From the NCBI RefSeq assembly GCF_009914755.1, contig NC_060925.1: 64,000 nucleotides of DNA. One strand, given 5' to 3'. Under the pieces are notes generated by a model. That model saw only the letters and a list, made by a program, of their open reading frames with translations, did not search any database and had not been told where the DNA came from. A program made the translations under genes and the position numbers. Of the stretch, positions 42,039 to 56,635 are shown one piece after another (position 1 is the first letter of the stretch; each line of letters begins with the position of its first letter). This DNA is from the human T2T-CHM13v2.0 reference genome, Homo sapiens.

Positions 42039-43780
42039 GTGAGTATTTTGAGACCTTAAAAAGCAGGTTCATCAATATTTCACCATTGTTATGGTTTACT
42101 AAGAGAAAATTCAAAGTAATAAAGTACACTTTAGTAGAAAAATATTGCCATAAACTAGTTTGCTTAGGAAAGTTTTTTTCTGTGTTAGAAGATTATTTGC
42201 ATTCTTCCGAATGAGAATGTATAAGTAAAAGGATTCCTTTTTTCCCCATATATGAAAGCAGAATTAAATTGTATAAAATAACATTTCTTTGCATGTTTTG
42301 TTTTTCATGCAGTTCCTATTGAACTATACCTTTTGGGGGGATGGTAATGTAGGTAAAAGAAATAATCTATAGTCTTGGATTACTTCTTTATCTCAGTGAC
42401 TTTCCTGTAGCATATTTGTATGTATATATGAAGATGGGTATATATGTGTGTATGTATATATTTTATGTGAAAGGAAATTCTTTAGTTTATAATCTGACTC
42501 TATGACCTAACTCATACTTGATGCCAACCTTTCAGAGCCAAATTATCAGATTTCTTTATTCTGTACAATATCTGAGAATGCATTTTTGAAAACCTGATCT
42601 CTCACTTATTCCCATGTAGAACGTTAATTTGGCAATCTCTGTTTCATTTCACTTCTAAAAAACTTTAGCAGACATTTTTAAAAAAACAAAAAGATACACA
42701 CTTTTTAGTCTCTACATGTTGGCTGCTAGTGGGTTTTAATGACATTTTATATCTTATCTGTAATATAATTCCATAAGAGAAAAATTCATGATTGGAAAAA
42801 AAAATGCAACTTAAAAGCACCATTTTTCACCTAGCAAATTGGCAGAGGGATTTAAAATATATATATATGGGTATGTATGTGTGTGTGCATTCTGGCTATT
42901 CTGGTTATCAGTGGATAATGGAGCAGAAACTGCCATATACTGCTAGTGGGAGTATAGATTGATACAGCCTTTTTGGAAAATAGTTTGTAATTTGTTATCA
43001 AGAACCTTAAAAAATGTTTTATATTTTAGAGTTTATTGTTAGGAAATAAATAAATGGTTTAGCTAAGTTTCTAGTAGTAAATAAATCTAATTAAATTTTA
43101 GCATTAATAAATAATAGACCATATGATGATATCTGAATGAAATATATGAATAAAATGATAAATAAATGAAAACCCATGTGGCCATTAAAAATAATTTTTC
43201 TAGGGGTTGTTAGTGACCTAGATAAATGTTCATTTTGAATGTTAAGTGACAAAAGCAAGATACAAAATTGTATATTCCTCATTCTTGCAGTCACCTACCA
43301 AGCTTTGGATCTTTCTAATCACTTGATAGTTTAAGCTTCTCACTCACTGTGTCTCACTTCAACACTTCTCCAGTCATAAGTCTTGGTGGTTTGTTATCCA
43401 TGTAGATGATACTTATAGTATGTTGGTTTCTAGTTCCTTAATCTGTTATATTCCAATAGTCTTGTCTTCTATGTTGTTTCAGTTTTCCTAGACCTCTTCA
43501 TTGCCAATAAGAGCATCCTGTTCATACATATTACCTTACTCTTTTTTTTTTTTTCCAAAACCAAAAATGGTTAATATTACCTTACTCTTTTTACCTTACT
43601 ACCTTATTAGCTATCACTGGCTGGAGAACATAGCATCTTAAAAAATCAGTTTATAAATTAAACTTTTAGCAGTAAAGTTTTATTTTGTCACTGAAATAAA
43701 ATAATCTTAGTCATTTCAAAAGGTAACATATTTAAATTAATATTTAATAAAATGTGTATTAACATCTAACCTTTTTTAAG

Positions 43781-43859
43781 TCTGTAGATTGTTTCTTACA
43801 TGATTTTGCAAGTAAATCGGAGAACAAGTATAAAGCAGCATATATTTACTTCACTGACT
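43781..43859 (+). CDS. STXBP3: STXBP3 exon 5 (SVDCFLHDFASKSENKYKAAYIYFTD)
   Basis: tttaag| and |gtaagt; 79 nt; in frame. Confidence 0.95.
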
Positions 43860-45255
43860 GTAAGTCTTTTAAAAAGTTATTGCTTCATTGTTCAAAATCC
43901 CATTGGTTTTAAACTGTCGACTTTTTAAAAATCAGCCCAAAATGTCATTAAAGTATCTACTTTTTATAATATTATTTCAGTCCTGGTGATTTTCTATTTA
44001 TCATTTGTTCTAATTAGGCTAGAAAGAATCTAAAAATGTAAGATTATATCTATCCTAATTCATATTAAGGTGATAGAAAATTAAAAGAAACTATTCCCAA
44101 CTGCTTTCAAAAGACAGTCATTTTGCTGGGATGCTGGGATGTGAGGGATGGGTGGAGAGGGCTAGCCCTCAAATCCTGTGCTGGTGACAGGAAGAAATAT
44201 TTTTAATCAGCATTTCAGTTAGGGATTTGATTCTCTTGTGAAAAACAAAGACCTTTTGAGAGGGCACTGAAGAAAACAGCCATCTGTTTGGCAAATATAA
44301 AGGGAGAAAATCTGTCACATTTATCTTACTCTGCCATATGATCACATAGAAAACTGGTAACTAAAGAATCACAGAGAAGTCCAAAGACACATACAATTCT
44401 GTCTTATGTTATATGTTATATAATATACTTCAAAATAAAAATATCATATCTAAGTTAAGTCTTGGTCTCTGCTGTTAGAGATTCCTCACTTTAAGTAAGT
44501 AGTATATCATTTTTCCTATAAATTTTTATCTCATGCCTAATAGTTTGCATTTTTAAAAATGTCACACCATAAGTATTTGTAATGTAACCTTATTATACAG
44601 AGCATCATGTTTATGGAATTGATGAAATTTAATGAATGTGAACCCTCTTTTAACTTAAGGAATCTTAAGGCTAAAGAATATCATGTTAAAAGATACTAGG
44701 AGCCAGTGGTTGATATTCCAACCTAGATCTAATGGAATGATAAACTCTTTGATGAAAGGGGAAAAACACTGGCTCTGAGTTCCAGAACTTAGTATTATAG
44801 AGTCTTAGAATTTTCTAATGTTAGAAAGCTGCCTTTAATTGAAGGAAAAATTAACCATTTGTGTTGTATGATTGTAGTATGGATCACTTAGTGGCAATTT
44901 GGAAAAGTAGTATAAATTTCTAAGATGTCCTGAAAGTGCTGCTGTTTGTTAAGTCATAAGTTTGGACTTGATTTTTCTTCCTAACAATTTCAGTTTGCTC
45001 TGTTAGCAGATCTTTAAGGAAATACATCTGAGGTTGTGGTGGATGTGAATGGGAAAGATGGAATTTCTGTTATAGTCCTTTTCAGTAGAATATATCTTTT
45101 GTAAAGCAAATAACAATATTTATATATTATTTATGTCCTCATAATAACTGTGAAAGCCAGTAATTATGTATAACTATTCTTGGATGTTGGAATGATTTAT
45201 TTAAAAGGAATAAAATCTAGATGTAACTATATGCTTTGTTTTTTTTTCCCCTCAG

Positions 45256-45356
45256 TTTGCCCTGATAATCTCTTTAACAAAATTAAGGCTTCTTGCTCCA
45301 AGTCAATAAGAAGATGTAAAGAAATAAATATTTCCTTCATTCCACATGAATCTCAG
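45256..45356 (+). CDS. STXBP3: STXBP3 exon 6 (FCPDNLFNKIKASCSKSIRRCKEINISFIPHESQ)
   Basis: cctcag| and |gtactt; 101 nt; within ORF 45180..45380. Confidence 0.95.
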
Positions 45357-46162
45357 GTACTTTCTATTTTTATTTTTTAGTTCATGAGAGGTTTCAAATT
45401 TGGTTTTATGGCTTATTGTTAATAAAGTATATTCTGAAGATATTTTTTATATGTATTTGGTGAATTTTGAACCTAATCCACAAATAGACATTTCCCATGA
45501 TGAAGTCAGACGCGTGAGCAATAAATTGGAATTAAAAATGAATAGCAGGGCTTAAATTTCATATCTGCCACCAAGTCCTTTGTCAAATTACAGAACTACC
45601 AGGTTATGAAATCAAGAGAGTTTTGAGCACAGTCTTTGTTAGATGACTCCAAAAAAAGTGTTTCATTTAGCTTGTGTAACCTTTTGTGATATTAAAACAA
45701 ATGCTCTTTAATAAACTTTTTATATAATATTATGTAAATTATTTTAATTTATAAAGTGAGGGGATTTTTGACTTGTTTTGCCTTTGGAACATTGAGCCTT
45801 CAATTAATAATAGCAATGATTATAATGATATAAGCAAACACTCATATAATACTCCCTATGTGTCATATACTTTCCTGAGTGTTTTACATAAATTTATTCA
45901 TTTAATCCTCACAATAGCCATAGTAATAGATTGTACTTCTCCATTTTGAAGATCAGGAAATCAAAGAGGTTAAGTACCTTGCCTCAAATCACACAGCTAA
46001 TGAATTGTTAAGGTTTGTTTTGCTCTGTTCTCTGTGTTTGGATTCTAGCATTTTATAGAATTGAAATAGTTGACTGTTGTTTGGAACTATGATCAATATT
46101 TTAAGGGATAGACAAGTCCTAGACAAGGGATTTCTACTATATTACTTTTAAGATACTGCTGG

Positions 46163-46476
<314 letters not shown>

Positions 46477-46961
46477 GATACTGCTGTTTTTGACAAAGAA
46501 AGATAATAATCCAAATTATAAGATTTTAACATATCTGCTTAACATTAAACTGTTTTCCAAAAGTTTCCTTTAAACTTATTATTTTAATATGTAAGTTTAG
46601 TATAGGGTGAAAATGAGCTTCTGAAAATGATGTAGGATTTAAGTGGTAGTGTGAGAAATATTACAAACATTTCTAGAACATCTCGCTTCACAGAAGATAA
46701 ATATAATTTTAGCCCCAGAATTTATTAAAATTCTGCAGTTGCTGCATTTGAAGGAATGATTTGTGTAGATATCTGAATAATTTGATGGTGAATAGAAATA
46801 ACCTGTCTTTGCATGTCTAGAGAATGCTCTTGAGAAGTTTCTACTTATCAGTCTTTACAAAATATTGTGATTATGTAAGGTCCCATCTGTGAATGGTTTT
46901 CCTATAAGAATTTTTTTCTTTTAATTTACTTACTTGAAAAGAGTCTTAGGAGGGTATACTT

Positions 46962-47260
<299 letters not shown>

Positions 47261-48801
47261 CTACTTAATAAATCTAACTGTTTTGGAGAAATTACATTGA
47301 AAATATTTTGGATTTTTGATTGTTTGCAAGTGAAAATGTAAATGAAATACTACTAGGTGCTTTGAGCTGTGAGCAAAGGCCTACTGAGCATTTATCAAGA
47401 TTATGTTCAGTGGACGTTGTTTGTTAAATGCAAAGCAGTCTACTGTGAAAAGATGAGCAAGATATATGTCCTACCCTCATTTGAATACTATAAAGAGATT
47501 AAAAAGTATTAGACATTTTCAAAAACTGTTTCAATCATGGTTAAATCAAGTAGGACTAGGCTCAACTAATTAAAAGAAAACTCTGGACTTTCAGTGGATT
47601 ACACAACACGGAAATTTATTTCTTCCTAATACACAAGAAATCAGGAATAGGCTATATAAGGGTGATAATGCTGGCTCTATGAAATTGTCAGGGGTCTAGT
47701 CTCCTAGGCATGGCCCTTATGATCTAAGATGATTGTAAATTTTTTTTTTTTACTGTTATATCTTTTTTTTAATTTTAAGGAATGTTATTTTAAAACAACA
47801 TTATAAAAATCATAGGCTTATTTCAATATTTTAAAATATCTTCTGTAACATTCCACTCAGAAGGTAGATAACAAAATTCTTCCCATAGGAAGGGTGCCAA
47901 TGGAATGTGATATTATATTATTCAGTTATTCCATTTTTTCTTCCTACCTCATTTTTGCTGAAGAACTGCTCACTTAATATCCTGGGAGTGATCTTGTTGA
48001 AATTTGCCACCATCATGTTGAAGCAATGAACCTTCACCCGTAGTATAATGAATGTGACACTGCTTATATCTATCCTGTAGGACAGCTAAAAGGACAAGAC
48101 CTCAGCATCACATGCCAACCAGTCTGTTAGAGCAATCACACACATAACTACTTTTGCCAAAATCCTCCAACTTAATTTTTAAATAGCTGAAATATAGTCA
48201 AGGCCATATGGGTACTGTACCTGGAACTAGAAACATACCCTTTTCACACACATTCAGTGTTACAGCAACAGCATCCTGGGACAGGTTAGGACACAATCAC
48301 ATTTTTTAAAATCAAGAGTAAGAAGTAAACATAAAAGAATATTTGCACAAGGCACAGAATCCTGTTTCTTGGCAATAGACAGAAAACAACTGGCTAAAGA
48401 AATAGGTTTACAGATAGATACAATCTAGAATTTGATTCTTTGAGTATTAAACTTGGAGACATAGCTATATACATTCCAACATACAATCTAATATTTTACA
48501 TTAGTAGTTTCTTATTCAATATTTAAAAGAAAAACCTACCAAAAACCAACCCAAATTATATTTATTAACCATTGGATAACCCCTTTTATCCTTTATCAGC
48601 CACTTTACTCCAGGTTTGATTAGTGTAATCATGAGATTGTCTAGCCTAATGCTCTAGGGAAAATTCTGTGGGTGTAAGATGATGCCTTGCTGTGGAACCA
48701 TTAATTATTAAGCTCCAAGTGAACTGAAGCAGATATTTATGAAATGATGATATATTTCCAAAAATACGAAAAACAGATAAGGCAGATGGTAACTCTAATA
48801 A

Positions 48802-49155
<354 letters not shown>

Positions 49156-49159
49156 TAAC

Positions 49160-50534
49160 TTTTTTTGTTAACTTTTAGGTTTGGAGTACATTTGCCAGTT
49201 TGTTATAGGTAAACTCATGTCAAGGGGGTTTGTTACACAGATTATTTCATCACCCAGGTACTAAGCCTAGTACCCAATAGTTATTTTTTCTATTCCTTTC
49301 CCTCCTCCCACCCTCTACCCTCAAGTAGGCCTAGTGCCTATTGTTCCTCTCTTTGTGACCGTGTATTCTCATCATTTAGCTCCTACTTGTAAGTGAAAAC
49401 ATGTAGTATTTGGTTTTCTGTTCCTGCATTAGTTTGCTAAGGATAATGACCTCTAGCTCCATCCATGTTCCTGCTAAAGACATAATCTCATTCTTTTTTA
49501 TGGCTGCTTAGTATTCTATGGTACATATATATATAGAGAGAGATACCACATTTTTTTTAATCCAGTCTCCCACTGATGGGCATTTAGGTTGATTCCATGT
49601 CTTTGCTATTGTGAATAGTGCTGCAGTGAACATATACGTGCATGTGTCCTTATGATAGACTTATATTCTTTTGGGTATATACCTAGTAATGCGATTGCTG
49701 GGGCAAATGGTAGTTCCGTTTTTTAGGTCTTTGAGGAATCACCACACTGTCTTCCACAATGGTTCAACTAATATACATTCCCACCAACGGAATGTGAGCG
49801 TTGCCTTTTCCCTGCGGCCTCACCAGCATATGTTATTTTTTGACTTTTTAAAAATAGCCATTCTGACTGGTGTGAGATAGTATCTCATTGTGGTTTTGAT
49901 TTGCATTTCTTTAATGATCAGTGATTTGAGCCATTTTTCATATGCTTGTGGGTCACCTGTATGTCTTTTGAAAAGTGTTGATATCCTTTGCCCACTTTTT
50001 AATGGTTTTTTTTCTTGTAAATTTAAGTTCCTTATAGATGCTGAATATTAGACCTTTGTCAGATGCATAGTTTGCAAATACTTTCTCCCATTGTATAGGT
50101 TGTCTGTTTACTCTGTTGATAGTTCCTTTTGTTGCACAGAAGCTCTTCAGTTTAATTAGATTTCATTTGTCGGTTGTTGCTTTTGTTGCAATTGCTTTTG
50201 GCGTCTTTGTCTTGAAATCTTTGCCAGTTCCTACGTCCAGAATGGTACTGCCTAGGCTGTCTTCCAGGGTTTTTATAGTTTTGGGTTTTACCTTTAAGTC
50301 TTTAATCCATCTCGAGTTGATTTTTGTATATGGTGTATGGAAGGGGTCCAGTTTCAGTCTTCTGCATGTAGCTGGCCAGTTATCCCAGCACCATTTATTG
50401 ATTAGGGAGTCCTTTCCACATTGTTCTTGTCAGCTTTGTCGAATATCAGATGGTTGTAGGTATGCGGCCTTATATATGGGCTCTCTATTCTGTTTCATTG
50501 ATCTGAGTGTCTGTTTTTGTACCAGTGTCATGTT
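49160..50534 (-). mobile_element. 5'-truncated L1 (older L1PA-type): 3'UTR plus end of ORF2
   Basis: Antisense L1 3' end (ataggtaaactcatgtc...cagattatttcatcacccaggtactaagcctagtaccc); gcaaaacc duplicated at 48845-48852 and 50535-50542. Confidence 0.88.
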
Positions 50535-50843
50535 GCAAAACCTTCTTTTCTGTTAGGTTCATCACATGGGTGCAACCATTGTCAGTAGAAAACAAACAGG
50601 AGCCTCCATGGGTAGGCCCACGCCAAGGGAATTTTCCTCTTATGGATCCACAGAAGAAAAATAATTTTTGGTGCCATGTGGCTTGTCCTTATCTCCAGCA
50701 AAACAATCTAGTTCCCTCAACCCCATTGTGTGTCTGGGAAAAGATAGTGAAAATATTTCCATAAGAGGCAAAGACTATAACAAAGCTACAAGCTCACTGT
50801 GCAAAGGTGTGAAAATGTCATGGTAAAAAGCACCACATGCCAA

Positions 50844-51431
50844 TTTTTTTTTTTTTTTTTTTTTTTTTCTGAGACGGAGTCTCATTCCATCGTCCAGGCT
50901 GGAGTGCAGTGGTGCAATCTCGTTTCACTGCAACCTCCACCAGGTTCAAGCATTTTTCTTGCCTCAGCCTCCAGAGTAGCTGGGATTACAGACATGTACC
51001 CCCACGCGGGGCTAATGTTTGTACTTTTAGTAGAAATGAGATTTCACCATGTTGACCAGGCTGGTCTCAAACTCCTGACCTCCCAAAGTGCTGGGATTAC
51101 AGGTGTGAGCCACTGCTCCTGGCATTTTTTTTTTTTTTTTTTTTTTTTGGAGACAGATTCTCACTCTGTCACCAGGCTGGAGTGCAGTGGTGCGATCTTG
51201 GCTCACTTCAGCCTCTGTCTACTGGGCTCAAGCGATTTTCCTGATTCAGCCTCCCGAGTAGCTGGGATTACAGGCATGTGCCACCAAGCCCAGCTGATTT
51301 TTTGTATTTTTAGTAGAGACTGGGTTTCACTATGTTGGCCAGGTTAGTCTCAAACTCCTGACCTCAAATGATCTGTCCGCCTTGGCCTACCAAAGTGCTG
51401 GGGTTACAGTTACAAGCCACCGTGCCTAGCT
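50844..51431 (-). mobile_element. Two tandem antisense AluS elements
   Basis: T tracts at 50844 and 51125, each followed by antisense Alu consensus. Confidence 0.9.
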
Positions 51432-52117
51432 GATTTTAATAGCTTTTTTTTAACTGGAGAAATCTATTTGTTATGTACACACCACAGAAAAATTGCCCCC
51501 GCCCCTGAAAAAAAAAAGGTCATGCAAGAAAATCAGATTCCTAATATAAAAATGTATATATCTAAAGTAGGCAAAAATATGGTTTATGTTTTAAAAAGAA
51601 AATATGTAAAATTTCACTATGAAATGCTTTGATTTGCATGTGACTTAGTACTTATTTCATATTAACCATATCCAGTTGCTATGATAAGTCTCTATGTTTT
51701 AGAATAGCTATTCTTTAAAAATATCTATTTTTAAGCCAGAACATATACGTTACATTTGTGCATCCGTGTGTAAGCTATCCTGCTTGGTATGGAATCAAGA
51801 TACTAAAAGATTAATAAAAGAAGTTTTAAAATCTTCAGTCACAGACTAGCAAAGAATATATTTCTTCAAGTTTTCTGGGCCACACTGCTGACTTAATATT
51901 AATGCAATCTGAATTTTCAGATGTAAATACCAGTGAGAGGTTGGTTGTCAAAACTTAAAAGCAGTTGAGTTGGGAGGACCTTCACAATATCGGCTCTTAA
52001 ATCATAAGTAAAATTATTCTTAGAACTGGACCATAGTAAGCAGAAAGCCTTAAGTTTTCTTAGCTCAAACCCTCCAAATTGACTCTTAACATTCATAATC
52101 ATGCCCTTTTAGTTGCT

Positions 52118-52862
52118 TTAAGAGGGCATACTGACTTTGTGGTCTATACTTTGTAAGAGAGCAGGTAACTCTAGCACAAAAGAAACTGTAATATGGAACT
52201 GGGGAGGACTTCAGTGGCACTATTCCAATTTTATTGATCCATACTGTTGCTTTCAACCCTGCTTTGAGACCCCCTTGTGTGTCACTTTCTAACATGTCAC
52301 CAACCATCACACAGTCCACAGGTTGTACTCCAAGGAGATTGCAGCATTAATAAAATATGGAAGGTGCTGGCTTCTCCTCCCTCTGCTGTTCACCTACAAC
52401 AACTTGGACATAGGACTGACAGACACAAGCCTCATCTTCTCCCTCTGGGTCTGTCTGACCCCATTCATTACTAAAAGTAGGCAGACCTCCTTTCTGATTT
52501 CAATGAGCATAGCTTTGACATCTCACTGACCTTAGTGTCATGTGCTGTAAATGTGTGGTTTTCCAAAGGAGGTAACGTTCTTCAGCCAGTTTCCTATTGG
52601 CTACACCATGTTTTGTTTCCTGGATTGCTTCCTCCCATTGTGAAGTCCTTAGATCAGTAATGCATGTATTGTAATGGTGAAAACATTCCTTCTTGAGTTT
52701 AACTTGAGCTTTATCACAGGTGAATTCAGCCTCCTGTTTATACTGGTATTTTGATTGTAAGAGCTTTATTGCCTCCAACATGCATCTCCTGCTTGTCACA
52801 CCTGTGTCGATGAGTGTGTTGTCCAGGTCAAAGAAAACGGCCTGCACGTGGCTCAGCCCCAT
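52118..52862 (-). pseudogene. Processed pseudogene of NANP (N-acetylneuraminate-9-phosphatase, HAD family), CDS-derived part
   Basis: MGLSHVQAVFFDLDNTLIDT...WKTTHLQHMTL (ORF 52500..52913) and DCVMVGDMLESDTQGGLKAGLKATVWINK (ORF 52086..52319) match NANP; no intron; frameshifts from HMTL onward; ancestral stop after IDHKVSMPS at 52120-52118. Confidence 0.93.
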
Positions 52863-52927
52863 AGCACCTGTGCCTTGCTGCAACCTGCCACGTCGCTGCC
52901 TGCACATGCGCAAGGTGGGCGGCCCAA

Positions 52928-53161
52928 TTTTGTTTTTTTCTTTGAGAGAGGGTCTCGCTCAAACAGTCCTCCCGCCTCAGCCTCCCAAGTAGCTGGGACC
53001 ACAGATGCATGCCAGCACGCCCAGCTAATTTTTTCTTCATTTATAGCAGAGATGAGGTCTTGCTATGTTGCCCAGGATGATCTAGAACTCCTGAGCTCAA
53101 GCAATCCTCCTCCCTCAGCCTCCCAAAGTGCTGGGACAGGCATGAGCCACCACTCCCAGCC
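52928..53161 (-). mobile_element. AluJ with right-arm internal deletion
   Basis: ggtctcGCTC|aaacagtcctcc junction is consistent with a GCTC microhomology deletion. Confidence 0.8.
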
Positions 53162-54216
53162 ATACTGTAGAATTATTACATCATCATTTGAGGATATACA
53201 AAAGAATGAGAGAATAATTTTCGTTTTTATCTCATTAGCTAAAATTGAGTCACATGGCTACACATAAGTGCATGGGAAACTGAGAAAATTTTTTAGCTGG
53301 GCATATATGGCTGTTCTTCACAAAGAACTGAAGTGCAGTTACTGAAAAGGGGAGGATGTTTGTTGGAGAAGCATCTTGTAGTCGGCCACAAAAGGAGGGA
53401 GATTCTCTTTTTAAATATTTATTTATTTGACACATTGTAATTGTACCTATTTATGGGATACAATTTGATGTTTTGATACATATCTGTGTTGTATAATGAT
53501 ACAAGGAATGTATCCATCATTTCATGCATTTAGGAGCCAGGTTTTGTTAGGTTTTGTTTGTATTTTTAGTAGAGATGGGGTTGCCCAGGCTGGTCTCGAA
53601 CTCCCGGGTTCAAGCAATCTGCCTGCCTCGGCTTCCCAAAGTGCTGGGATTACAGGAATGAGCCACTGCACCAGCATTGAGAGAGGCTAATTCTTACTGG
53701 GAGATTGGGAAAATATTTGAAGAATGGATGTATTTTTATAAGGTAGTAATGAAGAGGGAAAGAACCTAGGAGGTAAAAATAATCTAGATGTAAAGATACA
53801 GAATCAGAAGAGTGCAGGAGAACAGCAGGAATGTGGCTTATAAGAGGTGAAGGAATGAAAGATAGGCTCTCTGTAGGTAGGTTGGGGCTATTGTACGTAG
53901 GAGGCTCCTGGTTCTACCAAAAATAATGACAGAAAATTAGCTGGTGCAGAAAACTGTGGAACTGGTCGTAAAGTCCTTAATGAAAAGTAGAGTCCTAGAA
54001 GTCAGGAGATCATTGCAGAGAGATTGGTAAAGTCAGATATGATAGTGCTTCAAAGAAATAAAGTTGGACATCAGCACATTTAGAAATTACATGGAGAGGA
54101 AGAAGATTAACTCACTCATGGTGATTCCATGAGTCAAAGGGATTAAAGAAAGATCTTTCTTTCCCTTTCAGAGGATTTAAGGTAAGTGATGCTGTCACAT
54201 ATATAATAAGGCAAGT

Positions 54217-54690
54217 AGAGTTGATCCTTGAATAACATAGGGGTTAGGGGCACCAACCCCCTGTGCAGTTGAAAAATTTGTGTATAATTTTAAACTCGCC
54301 AAAAACTTAACTACCAATAGCCTGCTGTTGAGTGGAAGCCTTCCTGATAACATAAACAATAGAATAACACATATTTTTTATATTGTTTTTACTATATTCT
54401 AACAAAGTAAGCTAGAGAAAAGAAAATGTTATTAAGAAAATCAAAAGGAAGAGAAAATATACTTACTATTAAATAGAAGTGGATTATTATGAAGGTCTTC
54501 ATTCTTGTCATTTTCAAGTTGAGTAGGCAGAGGTGGAGGAAGCGGAGGGATTGATCTTGCTGTCTCATGGGGTGGCAGAGGCAGAGGAGGTGGCAGGGGA
54601 GGCAGGCACACTCTTTGTAACTTTTATTGAAAAAAATCTGCATATAAGTGGACCTGTGTACTTCAAGCCCTTGTTGTTCAAGGGTCAGAC
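54217..54690. mobile_element. Tigger2a/MER28-like DNA transposon fossil
   Basis: Terminal inverted repeats gttgatccttgaataaca ... tgttgttcaagggtca. Confidence 0.78.
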
Positions 54691-55286
54691 AAACATAGAA
54701 AGCATTCAAGAATATGAGGGAGTTTGTTTACAGTGAACCTTAGTGAGTACAGAGAGTCTGGTACAGTTAGTAGAGAGGATACTAGAAGGGATCTGGTAGA
54801 GATAGAAACAAGCTAGCTATAGATTAGCATGAAGAGTAGATGGAAGACAGGATCTGTATTTAAGGAGCTGATTATAGGTTTATAAAGATGAAAAAAGCAT
54901 GTGGCAGTAGTCTTAAAAAACTTTTAATGATGGTGATGGAAAGTGGGGAGGAGATAGAGGAAGAGGGAAATGGAGGAAATGTGAGTATAGAATGAGAACC
55001 AGCACCCAGATTATCTTTGGTACATTGGGGTATTAGATAGCTTAGATTAATTTGTGGTAGGAACCCCCCAGATCTCAGTGCATTACTACAACAAAGGTTT
55101 ATTTCTCATTTGTGTTGTCCATTGTTGTTTGGCTGGGGCTTTGCTCTACATCTTCTACATTCTAGTACTGAGGCCGAAGGGCTAGTCTGGGACATAGCCG
55201 AGGGAAAAGAGAAAATAGTGGAGCCACACAATAGCTTTTAAAGCTTCTGCTGGGAAGTGGCACGTGTATCTTCTACATACATTCCA

Positions 55287-55597
55287 GGCTGAGCACGGTG
55301 GCTCACATCTGTAATCCCAGGACTTTAGGAGGCCGAGGCGGAAGGATTGCTTGAGCCCAGGAGTACTAGACCAGCCTGGGCAACAAAGTGAGACCTTGTC
55401 TCTACAAAGAAACTTAAAAAAGGAATTAGCCAGGTGTGGTGGCACATACCTGTGGTCCTAGCTACGTGGGAGGCTGAAATTGAGGATCGCTTGAGCCCAG
55501 GACCTCAAGGCTTCAGTCAGCCATAACCATGCCACTGCACTCCAGCCTGGGTGACAGAGTGAGTCCCCATCTTAAAAAACAAAGACAAAAACAAACC
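55287..55597 (+). mobile_element. AluJ within an MLT1-like LTR remnant (~55010-55640)
   Basis: Alu consensus; ctacaca(t) on both flanks. Confidence 0.82.
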
Positions 55598-56635
55598 TAC
55601 ACATGACCATGGCTAAACCTGGTATCAGTGAGTGGGAGGGAGAAGCCTTGGGCGGCCGTGCGATAAATGTTTTTAATCGAATAATGTTATCTCCTGCTGT
55701 GGGATATTATACTATGAGGAAGCCACAGTTCAAGTGTAGGGTGCTTGTTGACAATTAATACAGCATCCTAGCCTTTGAGCAGGAAAGAGATAAGTGGATG
55801 AGCCACAGCTAAATTTTCATCTATGTTCAGGCTGCTGCTGTTGGTGCTGGGTTATGTCCAGAGAAATGAATAACTGTGTGTAAAAGGAAATGCGAGAAGT
55901 TTATTCATAATTCATTACTTAACCTATAATGTTTATTACTTGCCTACTTTCACTTACAATAAATTTTCATAGTTTAAGAGAAATTATCATTGTTTAGAAA
56001 ACAACAAAATTTAGTTTAACGGGGAACTCTCAATACCATTTAGGGAGCTCCTGCTTTTGTATCCTCCAAATCCTCTAACCCAGTTCTTTGTACATAAGTA
56101 AATTATTTTGTTAATTGAATGAATGAATGTATCTGTGAGGTTTTGCTGTACATACGTATAGTAAGATTTATATTATGTCTAGCACAATGCCATGTCTTTT
56201 GGGGAAATATGTCTCTTATTTTAAGGACATGAAGAGTATAAGCTAAAGAACGGAAGACATGTATCAACTATGGGAGATTTTTGGGTTACTCTCTAATGGG
56301 TTCAGGTTTATAATTTATGTCTGAGATATAGGCCGATTTTGGTAATGTTGTGTTTCTCTGTGCTAGGAGTTAGATTTTTATTTTAGTCTATCTCAGATTC
56401 CTTCATCTGTTGCACTGGTAGTAAAAAGCAGATAGTACAATCTGTGTATGAAACAAGAATTGAAGGAGAGAGGTAGACTAAAGCAGGAGAGGAGAGTGAG
56501 AAAAGAAATAAAGGATGAAATCAGGATGACAGAGAAAATGAGATTTGATTAAGGTAAAGACACAGTTGTTTCAGGAAACAGCATGGTTAGTGCAAGTATT
56601 TTTTTAACTGCCCCAAATAGTTGCTGCATTTTCTT

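Noticed and set aside
50116-50556. 146-aa hydrophobic ORF resembling a membrane protein
   Set aside because: Antisense reading of an L1 ORF2 remnant.
50799-51347. 182-aa ORF and similar ORFs (33627..34118, 18838..19203, 25589..25888, 48835..49158, 52848..53267)
   Set aside because: Translations of Alu sequence.
53161-53220. Sequence line labelled 53361
   Set aside because: Label error only: the neighbouring lines and ORF 52848..53267 show it is 53161, so no gap is implied.
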